Source: Guillardia theta CCMP2712
Taxonomy: Eukaryota > Protista > Cryptophyta
DNA length: 64,000 bases
Assembly: GCF_000315625.1 (NCBI RefSeq)
Contig: NW_005434579.1
Coordinates: 199,713-263,712, forward strand
Direction: 5' to 3'
The notes under the pieces were generated by a model. That model made no database searches and had not been told where the DNA came from. It saw only the letters and a program-made list of their open reading frames with translations. Below, piece after piece: positions 12,401-30,329 of this stretch; position 1 is the stretch's first letter; each line of letters opens with the position of its first letter. Position numbers and translations under genes: made by a program.

Positions 12401-14218
12401 TTACATCATTACACATCGCGCCAAACCTCCTCCGTCCTGCAAACTTTTCAATTTGTCTTCTGCTACCACAGGACAGAAAACAAGAGCAGGGGAAACGCCT
12501 CACCTGCTCCTCGACCTGCTCCTCGACACGCTCTTCCTCCTCCCTTCCTCCTCCTGCTGCTGCTCCCATGTTCCTCTTGCAAGCAAGCAGCGTCAGCCGT
12601 CCGCTCCAGTGGTCGGCGCCTTACCCTCGTCTGCCGGATGCTCTCCAGCCATTCCTCGCGCCTCCCCCAGCTCTCAGGGCAGTGCTCGGGGGGAACTGAC
12701 AGAAGTGTGAGACGGCCGTGTGATCTCTTCCTCTCTACTAGATTCTTGTGATCTCTTCCTCTCTACTAGATTCCCACTTCCTCGCTGCTTATTCACTCCT
12801 CTTGTGCTCCTTCTCTCCTATCTTCTCCTGATTTTCTCCCTTCTCCTCTTCTCCTTTCTTCTGCTTCTCTGTAGCTCTCTGCTAATCCCTTCCCCCCCCC
12901 CCCTCCCCCCCTCCTCTGCTACNNNNNNNNNNNNNNNNNNNNNNNNNNNNNNNNNNNNNNNNNNNNNNNNNNNNNNNNNNNNNNNNNNNNNNNNNNNNNN
13001 NNNNNNNNNNNNNNNNNNNNNNNNNNNNNNNNNNNNNNNNNNNNNNNNNNNNNNNNNNNNNNCTCCTCCTCCGAATTTCTCCCTCCCAGCTCCCACTCCC
13101 ATCTCTGACATGTTCCCCAAACACTCCTCTCCCCGCATCCCAAATTCTGTCCCCTGCCCCTCAACACCAAAAACGATCCTCCTTGCTTCCTCCTCTCCTC
13201 CACCACCTCTTTCTATGATAACTTGGATACACTCGGTGCAGTACTGGACTGTCGAGGAAGCATTGCCGCAGCAAGGGAGCTCTGCACGCTCCTTCTCTGT
13301 CAGCGGATCGTAGCAGATGGCGCAAACCCTCCCCTCCTCCTCGCGCCCTGCTGCTCGCGCCGTCACTCAGGGGGGATGATACCGAGAAAGAAGAACCTCC
13401 CACGTCCTCCTTGCGCGCAAGAACGAGGTTGCCAGGCTCGACGAGGAGGGTTTCCTCCCCAACTTGAACCTGGCAAGGCGACAGCGAGTCATTGTGTGCA
13501 GGCGCATGTAGCGAGCAGGAAAGACCTTGAACCTCTCTCCTGTCTCCAGCACGACTCCTGACTTGCCGTTGTATCCCTCCTGCCAGTTAGCGTGTGATCG
13601 GATCCTTGTCCTCACAAGCTTCAGGCTGCTACCTCAAGGCCTTGGATCATGACTTCGCTCCCTGCTGTCAGATCTGCCGCGTCTGATGTCAGCCAGCCAT
13701 GGAGACTGCACTCTACCCGACCTGACGACATTACTCGATTGATTAGAAACGAATTCTGGTACAGGTCCTGCGACTGAATGTCAGTGAAAAGCAGCGACGT
13801 CGATGCGCTTTCTGATATTGAACCGAATGAAAGACGATCCGACAACTCACGATCTTCATTCAGACCTCCTTCATTGTCTCTTCCCTCTCCCCATTGCTCC
13901 TCTCCCCTTCGACAGGCTGACTCTAAATTTGCGCATCTTCCATTCGCAATGCGCATGCCGTCTGCCATCCCTTCCCAACCTCTGCTCGCTCCCTTGACAA
14001 TCCCTTTCAATGCATCTCAATGGTTTCTCAAGTTTGTTCACGCCTCCTCGATCGCTTGTTCGGTCGCTCCTCCTCCCCCTCCCCCCTCCCCTCCCTCCCT
14101 CCCTCCCTCCCTCCCTCCCTCCTCTTCTCTTCTCTTCTGTGCGTTGGGTCCTACCTGTCTCCTCTGCTCTGTTTCTCTCCCCTCCCCCTTCCCCTCCCTT
14201 GCACTTGATGTCGCCATG
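12401..14218 (-). CDS. RING-type zinc-finger protein with an N-terminal SH3/KOW-like segment and a C-terminal CaaX box; spans an N gap
   Basis: Exons give GSEVMIQGLE-EGYNGKSGVVLETGERFK-VQVGEETLLVEPGNL, then CAICYDPL...LPCC...YCTECI. Last exon is DGGGLARCVMM*. The 5' end is uncertain. Confidence 0.65.
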
Positions 14219-14914
14219 ATCAGCGCCTAGCGCAAGCACAATGGTACTAAAATTTACTCAAATGGCTTTCCCAATTTCAGTTGAACTTACAGAATTCACC
14301 TAAAATGTTATTTTAGCTGAATTTGTTCATCGTGAAACGTTGAGTTCGAATTGCGCCTGTGCATAAATTGAGGTGAGCCCGCAAGAAAACAGAGCGAGGA
14401 TATCCAAAATTGGCAAAACCATGCTATCTTTGGCTTTATACAAATATTATAATTTCGAGATGAAATTTGGAAAAGACACATATTATCTTGAACCCCTTGC
14501 GATTGTTAAGTTAAGATCAGTCACAGTTTACTTCCGACCGTCCGACACCTAGTAGGTGACTGAAATCATCAAAGTTAAGTTAAAAATCAGTACGAGCGGG
14601 GTACTACCACTTAGTAGCCTCAGTACTAGGAGTAGTACGTGTCAGTGTGTGAGAGCTACTAGTAGTGACTCCGATGATGGGCCAGTGGCGGCCGGCGGCC
14701 GCCGAGCCTCCGCCGGAGACTCGGAAAGGTTAAGTTAAAAACGAGTATCGGAGGACAATGAGGAGAGGCTCAACGAACGTTTACACGCGGCGGCCGCGTC
14801 ACCGTGGACTCGCCAGAGGGTGACAGTGGCCGGGAAGCCTGCCCGGCCGATTGGACCGGCGGGCCTGCGCGGATCAGACTAGGGAATCAAAAAGGTTGTC
14901 CTCTTGACGAGACA

Positions 14915-14986
14915 TTCTCCCACCGGGAATCGAACCCGGGTCTCGTGGGTGAAAACCACGTATCCTAACCGCTAGACGATAGGAGA
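14915..14986 (-). tRNA. trnE: tRNA-Glu (UUC)
   Basis: TCTCCTATCGTCTAGCGGTTAGGATACGTGGTTTTCACCCACGAGACCCGGGTTCGATTCCCGGTGGGAGAA: 72-nt cloverleaf, anticodon TTC, intact A and B boxes, and a T5 Pol III terminator about 20 nt downstream. Confidence 0.97.
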
Positions 14987-15481
14987 GGATAACAATAAGT
15001 GGCCCCTACCTGTATATGTACTGGGGTACCCCCTTGCAAGGTTGCTCAACCACAACCCCTCAACCCTCTCAATTATGTACCCTACCCCTCGTACCAAGTT
15101 TTACTGCCGCTGCTTTGTGGTAGGGGAAGGGGTGTATTGAGTTTCGGTGGTGGGTGAAGGGTGGGTGGGTGGGTGAAGGGTGGTGGGTAGGGGAAAGGAG
15201 AACCATGGCGTTCGTACGACGGTGGAAGGTGAAGATGCTGGAAAGAAGCATGTGGAGGAGGTTGGAGGAGGAAGGGGAAGAGGATTAGTGTGGATACGAA
15301 GGGAAGGAAGGAGGGGGAAATGATGTGAGAACCGTGTTCGGACTCGTGAGGAAAGGGAGGGGAAGAACAAAATTTGGCGAGACTGAAGAGGTTGATCTCG
15401 GGATGACAAGTATTATGGAGTCACTTGCTGAATTTTCCTCCTCCTGGTTCACTTACTCAATTGCTGTGAGTCTTTAGCAAC

Positions 15482-18470
15482 ATGGTGTATCTCAACATTG
15501 ATGCGATCATGCCATCATTCTTGTCTGCGCGGATCTTGCTTCTGACGTTCGACACCAGGATCTTGAAGAACAATCCAAAGACAAGAAGAAAGAGGAGAGG
15601 GGACGATTTACTGTAGGCATGCATTTACAGGCTCCGCATGCTGCTAACAGTCTACCAGGGGAAGGTCTGCTGGTCGTGGTTGAAGAGGAGGGACGAAACT
15701 TGTTGTTGCAGCGAGGCAGGTGAAGCAGGCAGATGGTCGGAGAGGGCTGCTTTCAACGCTGATGGCAACAGGCAAGGGGGAGCTCAAGCATGTCGGAAAC
15801 CTCCGAGATGGTTTTCCTTGCGCTCAGCACATCAACTCCTTGTAGCGCCTCCACGCATCTTGTGCCTGCTGGTGATGGTGCCTGACAGGTTTGGAAACGG
15901 AAAGGACTGTACGCCGGGAGCAGGAAGGTGAGGGTGGAGCTATGAGTATGCAGGGGATCCTCCCTGGAAAGAGCGCGTATGATTATCATGATAATCCACT
16001 TGCCATGGTCATGATCGTTGTCATGTCCTGTGACTGTGCGTGTTGTCAGGTGCAGTGGAGCGCATTGGTCAGAAGAGAGGTTTTCTTTGCCCTGGGGTTG
16101 TGACGGGATCTTGATTGTTGCTGAAAGGTTGTTGATAGAGCTCGGACAAGACATGCATCCTGGTTGTTCGGGTTGTCACGAATGTCTGCCGATCTGATGT
16201 CAGTCTCCTGCAAGGGGAAGGACGGGCGGAGGTTTCAACGGGGGTGCCCGATGCCTCGGTGGCCGCCCGGCCGATCATGAGGGAAGCTGGAACAAGGAGA
16301 GGTCATGTTACAGCAGAGCGAAGGCAAGGAGAGGAGACTCTCGGAGAGTCTTGACGTAGTCACCTGTGCTGTAGCTCGAGCCTCTCCATTGAGACGTCCA
16401 GGGAGGAGGCGAGCCAGCAGGAGGTGGATTGTGAGCGACTCCTCCGCATCTTGGTGGAGGAGAAGGTGAGAAGGATGCTACGTCTGCTTCTTGTGATTGT
16501 AAAGGATATGAGCAGGAGACGTTGATGAATGCTCACTTGGAAGTGTTCCTGCGATCGCCATGGGTGGAAAGGTTTCGTCAAGACACAAGACTGGCGGTTG
16601 TCTCTTGCACTGGCTGTGGGCAGCTACCCCCTGAACCCTCATGCTGACGACCAGAGCTTGCTCAAGTTCAAGAACAGGAGCAAAGAGATCACAGAAGCTA
16701 TGGCTGCAGGTCAGAGTTCGCACCTGCTACTTGCTTGCTCTGATCATCGACTCCAGTCAAGCAAGTGAAAGATGCTCTGAGATGTTTACAGCTCCCTGAA
16801 ACAGGCAAGCCCTCCCTCCGTTGCCTTCCTTGCAGTACTCACTTGCCGCTACTCTCCCTCCTCTGCCTCCCCTTCCTCCCCTGCCTTCTCTGCCTCACTG
16901 CCCTTTTTCATTTCGCATCTCCCACTCCATGGTCGCACCACCGTCCTCCCTGCAAGTCCTCTGCCCCCTGCTTCCTCCCGACCATTCCCCTCTGCCAGTT
17001 TCTCCCTTGACAGCCCGTGCAGGAGATCAAGTTGTCATGCTCGATGTCTGCTCCGGGAAAGGGTTCACAGGGTCAGACCAAACTTCCCGCGTCCTGACTC
17101 TCCTCAAGTTTTCCCCAGCCTCCTGCTCTCCTTGGAGTTTCCTCGCGCCTCCGTGTACTTGCTCGATGCCAATGGCAACATGAACATGTCGCATTGTTCG
17201 TCCCAGGATAACCTCTCCTTTCTCCACTTCGACCTCTTCAGCAGCAGAGCGGCGGAGGTGCGAGAAGCTCGTGCTGCCCGTCTTGTCGCCGACGGGCTGG
17301 TGGCAGGTGCTCGTGGACATCGCGGGGATGAAGACAGTAATCGCAGGTCAGTCGTGTGTTATAAGTTGTGTCGAATCAGTTGTATCATGTCAGCGTTGTC
17401 ACGTCAACTGTGTTGTCAGTTGTATTTTGCTGTCGTATGTCATTGAATTCGTCGTATGTCATTGAATTCTGCTCCTTCCATTTCTTTTTTCGTATTTATG
17501 CCGTCTTTATCAATTGTGTCTCATCATAGGTATCTTGTTAGTTGCACTTGGCTGTTATGTCGTATCCATCGTGTCGAATCTCTCGTATATCATCGGATGT
17601 AACTTGCCATCCTCTCTCTCTCATTCAACTTCTCTGATCGACCGTGACAATGACTTGACTCATGTCGTCATTGGCAGTTGGGATGCACCTTTGCGGCTCC
17701 CTGTCTCCCCGACTGATCGATTTGTTCGCCTTCCTCCCCGCGGTGGCGATCAACTTCTTTCTCCTCCTCCGCCTCCTCCTCCTAACTCTCTTCCCAAGGC
17801 CAAGGCCCTCGTGCTCTGCCCTTGCTGCCTCCGGGGATACCTCGGTAGCACTTCTCCCGCATGCCCACCGCAGTTCGTGAGGGGATGGAATGGTGCAGGA
17901 AAGACGGTCAAGGCGGCAGCAAAGGAGTCAGGACGGGGCTATGACGAGGTTGCTGCTAGCGATGAAACTGCGTCTGTTGTTTGTTGACGTCCCATGGATC
18001 TCAGACGCTCTGCGAGGTTCTTGCGGACATGTTGAGGTGAAGGAGATGAGGACGAAAGTCTCTTGTGAGGGTGATACTTCACTGTAGGAAATCAGCGCAT
18101 GTGAGCGATGTGATGGTTGTAGGAGATGATCAGGTACAAACAAGGAGAAGAGTTGGGGGGGGAGGGGGAGGGCGGGAAGGGGGGGGGGGGATAGTCGGGC
18201 AAGAGGAAGGTGGGAAGGGGTAGAACAAGAGAGGAGGATGAGAATTAGAGGGGAATGAGGGAGGAAGCGAGGGAGGGGGACGAGAACGAGGAATGTCAAG
18301 AATCTTGGGGATGTCGCTTTCCTTGTTTTCTTTCTCTCCTGCGCACGGTATGCCAAGTGACTGGAGTTGTTAAGATGATCTCCCCTAAGTGCCGATTCAT
18401 CTGTGCACTCAAGAATCAGACTGGCAGGTCCACGAGGGAAGCATGCGTACAAAATGATGATGGTGGATGA
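15482..18470 (+). CDS. Class I SAM-dependent methyltransferase (Methyltransf_32/METTL25/Trm13-like motifs), many exons
   Basis: Spliced motifs VVMLDVCSGKGFTG (motif I), VYLLDAN, VGMHLCGSLSPRLI and LVLCPCC. The 5' exons are approximate. Confidence 0.75.
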
Positions 18471-18732
18471 AGGTCGAGAGGATGAACTGGGAATTTGTGG
18501 GAATCAGATGATGACGACGACGATGATGAAGATGATAATGATGAAAAAGATGACATTGGTAGTAGGTGAAGGTTGAGGAGATGATGAATAAAAAAAAAGA
18601 TGGTGTACAAGATGTAGAATACGGGAATGATCTATTTAAAGATTTAATGAAATCGCTAAAATCGTGCCACGTTGTACAATCGAGGTATCCCAGCTAGCCG
18701 TACTATTCATACATCCATCCTCTTCCTCCTCC

Positions 18733-20063
18733 TCACGGAGACTTTTCAGGGTCTTCGGAATGTGGCGCGACCTTCGACTCTCTGATGAAGTACTTTTGAG
18801 CATGCGAGCGGACCTGAGGCAATGTGAGAAACTCGGCTCCTCCTCCTCCTCTGCTCTTCACGTCACCTGTGCGGGAGATCTTGTCTTAACATGCGCGGCA
18901 ATGAGCTCTGCAACACCCTGCAGACAAGGTTAGAGGACATGGAGGGAGCAAGAGGGCGAGCAAGACAAGAACAGACAAGAGGAGAGGGCAGGTAACGATG
19001 TCTACCTCGCCGAGCCCCACCCGAACTCGGTTGTTGGGGGAGGGTCCCTGGGGTCTATGATACTTCTTCAAGGCTTTGAGGAAGATCTGAGAGCAGGAGA
19101 GGTCAGCCTGTCATCCTTGAGCTTCAGAACTGCCCTTACCTCGTGCTCCTCCTTGGTCCAGTACCGGCTGCAACGTTTGGTCGAGCTACCCCCTTCGCCA
19201 GCTTCAAGAGGGCGTTTGCGGCTGCTGCTCTTTCCTGGCTGCTCATCACCTGATGAGGGGCTCTGCGGAGAAGCGGAGCCTCTCTCCTCCTTCTCCTTCT
19301 TCACGCTCGCAGCTCCAGCCTTGGCCCTGGCGTTGGTCGCAGCGCCATCAAGGCTGCCCCCATGTGTGAGAGGGGAGGAGGAGGAGCGCACTCCGTACGA
19401 CATGGAGTTGGTGCGTTCTCCCTCCTCGTGGGTAGAGCTGTGCCCAGCGCTCATGTTCATTCCAGGAGACTCGCGGGCTGCGAGGGACGAGACAAAATTG
19501 TTGGAGATGGAGTGTTGAGACAACTGGTCGGCAGCCAAGTTGGAACCGAGGCCGAAGATGAGATTTCTGTTGTCATGAGGCATCATCAAATTAGAGGATC
19601 CAATGGATGCCTGCATGAAAGGGTTGGGGCACAGACCGCTGGCATTCATGTTGAAAAGATCCTTCCTGTCCTCTGCCCCTTGCGTGTTTCCCAGCTTGAA
19701 GCTCAGCAGGCTAGCAATGTCCCTGGCATTCGCAGCCATGTCTTTCTGAGCCGTCTGTGCAAAAAGACCTGACATGGTAGGGGAGGACGAGGCAGCCAAA
19801 TCGTTCAGAAGCCCGCCGTGCGCTGGAGCCAACGACATCGTTGGAGTGAGCTGAGACGATACCAACCAAGGGAGCCCCACGTTGGCCGCAAGCTGGGTAG
19901 AAGGAGACTGAGCCTGTTGGGTCCTTTGATTGAGCAGGAGGAGAGATGCGGAGAGAGAGAGATTGGATATCGGGGCAGACAGAGGGACGTCAGGGGCACA
20001 CGAAGTCCCATTCCCACCCTGCAACGGCCACATGCTTGGATTCGAAATCAACGTTGTAACCAT
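18733..20063 (-). CDS. MYB-related SHAQKYF-class transcription factor
   Basis: Spliced RYWTKEEHERFLEALKKY...GVAELIAAHVKTRSPAQVRSHAQKYF, preceded by a long low-complexity N-terminus. Confidence 0.92.
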
Positions 20064-22494
20064 CACCAGGCTCTGCCTTGCATTCGCCTCAAGGTAGGAC
20101 GATAGAAGATTTCGATTCTCTCAAAAAGGCCGAAGATTCGGAGCAGCTTGTTGAGGAGAAATGCAGTGAGATTCTTCGAGCGTTACGAAAGAAAGTCGTG
20201 TGTAAAGAAGGAAAATCTGCGAGTTCAGCGAGAAAGGGAGTGTACCAGAGGGTGGAATGAGTGAGGAACAAACAGGGGCGAGGGCAGGGCAGAGGATACT
20301 GTTGCAGCCAGTCGGAGGAGGAGGAGGAGGAAGAAGGAGTTGGAGGGAAAGGGGTAGAGACGACTGCAAGAGGGCAGGAGCGGCGAGTAGAGGAGGGGTA
20401 AAACCCTACCACCCCACCCCTCAATCCTCACCCGACGGTAGAAAAGATGAAGACACCCCCACCAGACTTTGACCGGAACTAGTCTGAGAACTGTGGGGTA
20501 GTACATGACAGGGGTGGTCTGTGGAAGTCTCGTCTAGGTAGAGCAAAAAGGGGATAAAAAGTGTATTGTAACAAAATTAAAAATAAAAGTAATCATAAAA
20601 CATATTTAAATAAGTCCTTGGGTACGTGGGATACAACTGCACCCTCCGCATTTCTTGTAGTCCACAGGGGTGGGTGGTCATGAGCAGGTCGAGTGTAAAG
20701 AGGGACACTGGGGTGGGGGTAGTAAGATCACGAGATGTTTCCAGTAGGGCAGAGATAAATGGGGTGGGTAGGTGGGGAGATATCAGACTAGGTCATATTA
20801 CCTTCCACATGCCGATGACCCACCTGCACCTATTGAGAATTTCGTCTGTTGAGGGTGGGGTAGAAGCGGAAGCGCCCCCGGTCATGGAGGTGCATGACTC
20901 GGAGTACCCAGGGGTAGGGGTGTGAAGAGCAGTAGGGAAGCAAATTGTGGAAAAGGGGGTGGGTGGCTCAATGGGGTTAAACGATGTCAGCTGGGGCAAA
21001 TTAAAAACACTTTTATAGTTGTCATCAACTTGGTCGTGAATCATGATAGTTTCAAAATCTCATAAGGCAATTACAAACTTCCCCGAGAAAAAGTCTGAAC
21101 AACGACAAAATAGATCGAGATTTAGCGCCTATCGGGTCTCGTGACTGTTGAACATGATACGAAGATACGACGAAGGAGTCATGGCAGCAGTACCGTGATA
21201 GAGATGGTTATGTGATCAATTGCTGTTACTGTGAGCCCCGTGACAGAAAAATACGCTGCAGTGTCTGGTAGATTTTCATTCAATTCTATCGTGTCATTTC
21301 AATTTTTGTGATTAAGTTTGAAAATAGATCTGATTCAAACTTCATTTGAAGAATACGCCCGGATCTCTATGAGATGGATTGCTGACTGAAGCCGTTAAGA
21401 TTGCTTGTGAAAGTTCATTCTTTCAAGGTATCGCTGACTCGAGCTGACCCGTGGGGTTGTGTATCTCGAAATCGCTATAAATTACTTTTTAGATCAATGC
21501 TGATGTCAGCAGAAACAGTTCTATGGCTTAAAACAATTTTAAGCGGTATCTCCCGTAAGTAGTATCTTCTCTCGGAGGACCGACGTCCTCTCGGAGGCAT
21601 CGATCAAAAAAAGACTTCTGGAAAGGGTGGTAAGGAGCCCGAACACAAGGGTAGTCAAGGGATCATGGTCAGCAGAGGGTCGGGTAGGGTCTGTATCTGT
21701 TCGTATCGTGGGCGTGAAGCATTGCGTTCCTGAGACTAGTCACGTTACCCTCCGAGGTCACGTTTCCGACCTCTTTGCCAGCTTCTGCTGCACCCCTCCG
21801 GGAGAAAAAAAGAATGCTTACACTCTTAGGGATATGACCCCCCTAAGCGCTGGATAAGACACCGGTGGGTGCTCCCTTCGCCGGTCAGCAATCCCTCTAT
21901 TGGGCCACACAACTTCTCGTCGACTCGGTGGAAAATATTGACTGAAAATAACAAGCACCACAGCCCAAAAAAGAAGTACATCAGCTTAAAATAAGCGTAT
22001 AAAGCTTGTAACTCAATGTACCCCCCTAAAAATAAGCACGGTAACCTAGAAATAAGCGCTGTAACCATAAGGCATTTTAATAATAAGTTAACCTGCCATG
22101 ACCTCGCTATGGTAAAGCAAGAATGAAACAGCTCAGGAATGTCCAACAAGTGTCCATGCTGCTCGGCAAGATCTTCGGCGACTGCTCCTGCTCTTTCTCC
22201 TGCTCCTCCTTCTCCTCCTCATGACCTGATTGTCGTCTCCGGTTTCTCATGCTCGCCCTACTTGTCGTCTCGTGCGCCGTGCCCTCAACAGCCACGCTGT
22301 ATCTGGTTCCGCATAGCCGTCTTGTCTCTATCAAGTTTAAGCGTATAAAGTGCAAGTAATGTAAATGAAATGTAAGGTCGACTTGAGAGGGAAAACAGGA
22401 GAGTCGCATCGGAGCAGCAGCCTAGCGCAATTTACTTGATCGACGTGCTGTACCGATTTGCAAGGCAGCAACTCAAGTCGACAGGAGCTCAATG

Positions 22495-27134
<4,640 letters not shown>

Positions 27135-27789
27135 GACGCTCGTGCTAGTCAGGATGTCTTTGTCCTACTCGTTCGACATTCTTCACTCTCCAGCTCTGAT
27201 TTTCGTGCTAGATATCAGGTGTTTCCTTGTGCTTCATGGCGATTGAAACTGTCAAGAACCTGCGTAACCATAATCAACAATTTCGAATGTCAGATCAGCC
27301 TAGATGTCTGAATGTCTGAATGTCTGCAGGACTATTGTTTTGGAAAGTTCTCTATTAAAACCTGTCCACCTTTCAGTCGAGCTCTTCACAAACTCCTCTG
27401 TTATCGTCATCGTCATCGGCGACTTCTTTCCTCCCTCCCTCCCTCCCTCCCTCCCTCCCTCCCTCCCTCCCTCCCTCCCTCCCTCCCTCCCTCCCTCCCT
27501 CCCTCCCTCCCTCCAACTCTGCTCATTCTTCCGCTCGCATATCTTCTCCTTGCATGCCTCATTGTCGCAACCTCAACCCCTCCTTGTGATCATCCTCCTC
27601 GTTTCTCTCCGAGCAGCAGCTTCCCCTTGCGCCTTCTCTCCGAGTCTCTGACATCCGTCTGCCTGCTCGTCTCTTCTCCTCGACTCGAGCATGATCTCTT
27701 CATCCCACTCTTCCTCGCACCCACTGCAACTTGCTGCTTCCTGGAGTTGGTTCAGCCACCCTGGCATTTTCCAGATTTCTAGTTTGGGC

Positions 27790-28690
27790 CCAACTCTGAG
27801 TGACGGCCGGGCAGACCGGGCAGACTGCCGGGCCATTGACCGTTTGAGTAAAGAGGGTCCGCCGCCGCCGCGGGGATCGCTGGCCGCGGCCGGCGGCACC
27901 GCCCGGACGGGCCCGGGCCGGGGGTCCGGCGGTCGGGCTTCATAACTTCGGAACTTGCGGGGGCGGCACCACCCGGGCCGCCCGCGGGGCCTCGATGGTC
28001 GGCGCGGCTGCTGTGGCCGCGGGGGCCTCGCCGATGGTCGCCGGGCCGCCGGGCCGCGGCGGCCCCCCCCCCCGCCGGGACCGGGGCCCGGCGGGCCCCC
28101 ACAGCCTTCAGGGCTTCCACGGTGGCAGGGGCCGGGCGGGCGCGGCCACCAGCCCGGCCCACGGAGGCCGGGAGGCTATAGACGGTCGCGGCGCCCCCTG
28201 GTTCATCGGCTCGGCGCCGCCAGTACGGGCCCGGCGCGGGCCGCCGCCGCTCGCGGCCCAGGCCCGGCGTGCCGTGGCCCGGTGCCCCCCGCCTTTCAAC
28301 GGTGACCCGAGCAATCCGAGCGGATCGGGCTCTGATACTGACCTAGAGGCTGGTCTTTACTCAACGTGACTTGGCAAAGGCTTAAGTGGCTAGTCACTCG
28401 GACTCGCCCCGAGGTGACCGTCACACGAGTCACGGTACCGTCAAGGTCACAGATCCGTTGCCACGGACGGTAGGATGGGATTAGACTCTGATGATCAGCG
28501 GCACTGTGACACCGTGCCAGGACTCCCGTCCGATCGTGACACGTCGCCGGGACGAGCGGACTCCGGACCGGCTCGGAGAAGATCGGACGGTCAGCGGCTG
28601 TCCGTCCGTCGGAGTGTCACGGTGGCACACCTCAGAGTCCCCGGCGAGCGGCGCCTGAGCCCGACGGTCCCGGTGGCAGCATGGTGACCG
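27790..28690. other. GC-rich non-coding intergenic island
   Basis: Same word composition as the other islands; contains AACTTCGGAA. Confidence 0.75.
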
Positions 28691-29740
28691 TCACGGCACT
28701 GAGCTCTGGCAGGGTCTCCACTTATAGCTCCAGTGCTTGGGCCACTCCTTGCAGGGATCGCCAGGCAGCCTCGTGGAGCAATCTGTAGGTCCGAGGAGTT
28801 GCTGGGCTTGAGAGGCCTTCTTTCCCAATTTGTCCCGCAAGAAGGAAAAGAACTTGTCCTTGTAGTTTTTGCTGTAGAACTGCCTCTTGTTGCGGATCGA
28901 CACTCCAGACTCCTCGCTCAGCTTCAGCACCTGCAGGAACAGTCTCTGCGTCTCTTCAAAGGTTGCAAACTCCCTTGCGTCCAGCTTGGATGCTCGGCGG
29001 CCCGAGGGCGGGGGCCCTCTCCCTCTCCTTTCAGCCTCTCCTTGCTGACCGACAGCGCAAGCCTTTGCTCCTGCAGAAGGGATCTGTTGCGACTTGCTCT
29101 TTTCTGCCGATCTTTTGATTGCACAACGATCTTTGAACATGCTTTGCTCTCCCTGTTGTTCCTCCAACACATTCTTTGCTGCAGACAACTTGTCTGCCCC
29201 ACTCAGAAGAGAAGTTTGGTTTGTCTCCAGGTTCGACCTTGACAAGGCATACTTCCGCACCAGGCATCTCATGGACCTTTGTAGCCTGTACTTGTTCTTG
29301 TAGAAGTTTCGCATCTCGATTTCAACCTTCTCCGCGGACTCGTTGAAATGTCGGCGATACCATTCAGAGAATTTTGAATTTTCTACGTTGAGAAACCCAT
29401 TCAGCTTTGTTGCAGCATCGCTAATCATTCTCTGCAGATATTCGCTGGATGATTTGATGGAATCGTAGTGGACCCTGTCCTCCTCCACCGCTGGGAGACT
29501 ATCCCAACTTATTTCAAAGTTGCATATCATCAACTGCTGCCGTTTTCTCGAATGAATCAGTTCTTTCACTTCATCGAGGGAGCGAATGATCTTCAAGGCA
29601 TTGGGATGGATGTCAAGGATGATCAGACAAAGTTGAAAATTCACATCATCCTGAACCTTGATACATCTCTGTCCGATGTGCTGCTCAACCTCGTTCATAC
29701 CTGTGGGTTGCAAATCAACTATGGCACAGACATGTAACAC
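28691..29740 (-). CDS. Hypothetical protein; large exon of ~349 codons, 5' exons probably upstream to ~29960
   Basis: Long non-repetitive ORF with a helical/coiled-coil character; no family recognised. Confidence 0.65.
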   Translation of the reverse strand: MLHVCAIVDLQPTGMNEVEQHIGQRCIKVQDDVNFQLCLIILDIHPNALKIIRSLDEVKELIHSRKRQQLMICNFEISWDSLPAVEEDRVHYDSIKSSSEYLQRMISDAATKLNGFLNVENSKFSEWYRRHFNESAEKVEIEMRNFYKNKYRLQRSMRCLVRKYALSRSNLETNQTSLLSGADKLSAAKNVLEEQQGEQSMFKDRCAIKRSAEKSKSQQIPSAGAKACAVGQQGEAERRGRGPPPSGRRASKLDAREFATFEETQRLFLQVLKLSEESGVSIRNKRQFYSKNYKDKFFSFLRDKLGKKASQAQQLLGPTDCSTRLPGDPCKEWPKHWSYKWRPCQSSVP

Positions 29741-30329
29741 TTGAAGGGTTCAGAGATATTTGAGAGACATCGTATCATGGAGTGAATCATGGATGAAATC
29801 GCCTAATTCGTCTCGAACACTTGTTGCAGACTTCGAAAACCTCAGTCTGACCTAACACATCAATGTGACGTGAGCCATACTAGAGACGATCGATCTCCTG
29901 TGACTCATGGGAAGTTGTTTTGAATCATTCTAAACATCGCAAAAGTACATCTCATCTTCATCGTCACCTTTCTTGCGAACTGCCTCCTATTCCTGCCCCG
30001 TCTTACCTTGGTTGCTACCAAGATCCGGGACCCCACCCCTCCTTGACCCTGCAATTTTCAGGGACACCGTAGGGTTCTTCTTTTTGTAGCTAAGAATATG
30101 AGGCAGAGGAGGGTAGGGTACCCTAAAAGTGTGGGGTATGGGGGTACTTGAGCTAAGAAATTCAATATTTAAAAGGGGGTGGAAGAGTATATCAAAAGGG
30201 GTTATGAATGCAAATATTGAAGACTATAGGGTGGGGTAGTAATGGAGGGTGGGGGGTTGATTTCATATTGGCGGGGGAAAGGGAATAAAAAGGAAGAGAG
30301 GGAAGGGACAGGGAGGAGAGCAAGTGACC

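Noticed and set aside
12720-12773. Short local tandem duplications (also 939-974, 17430-17470, 47940-48010)
   Set aside because: Ordinary slippage duplications with no evident function.
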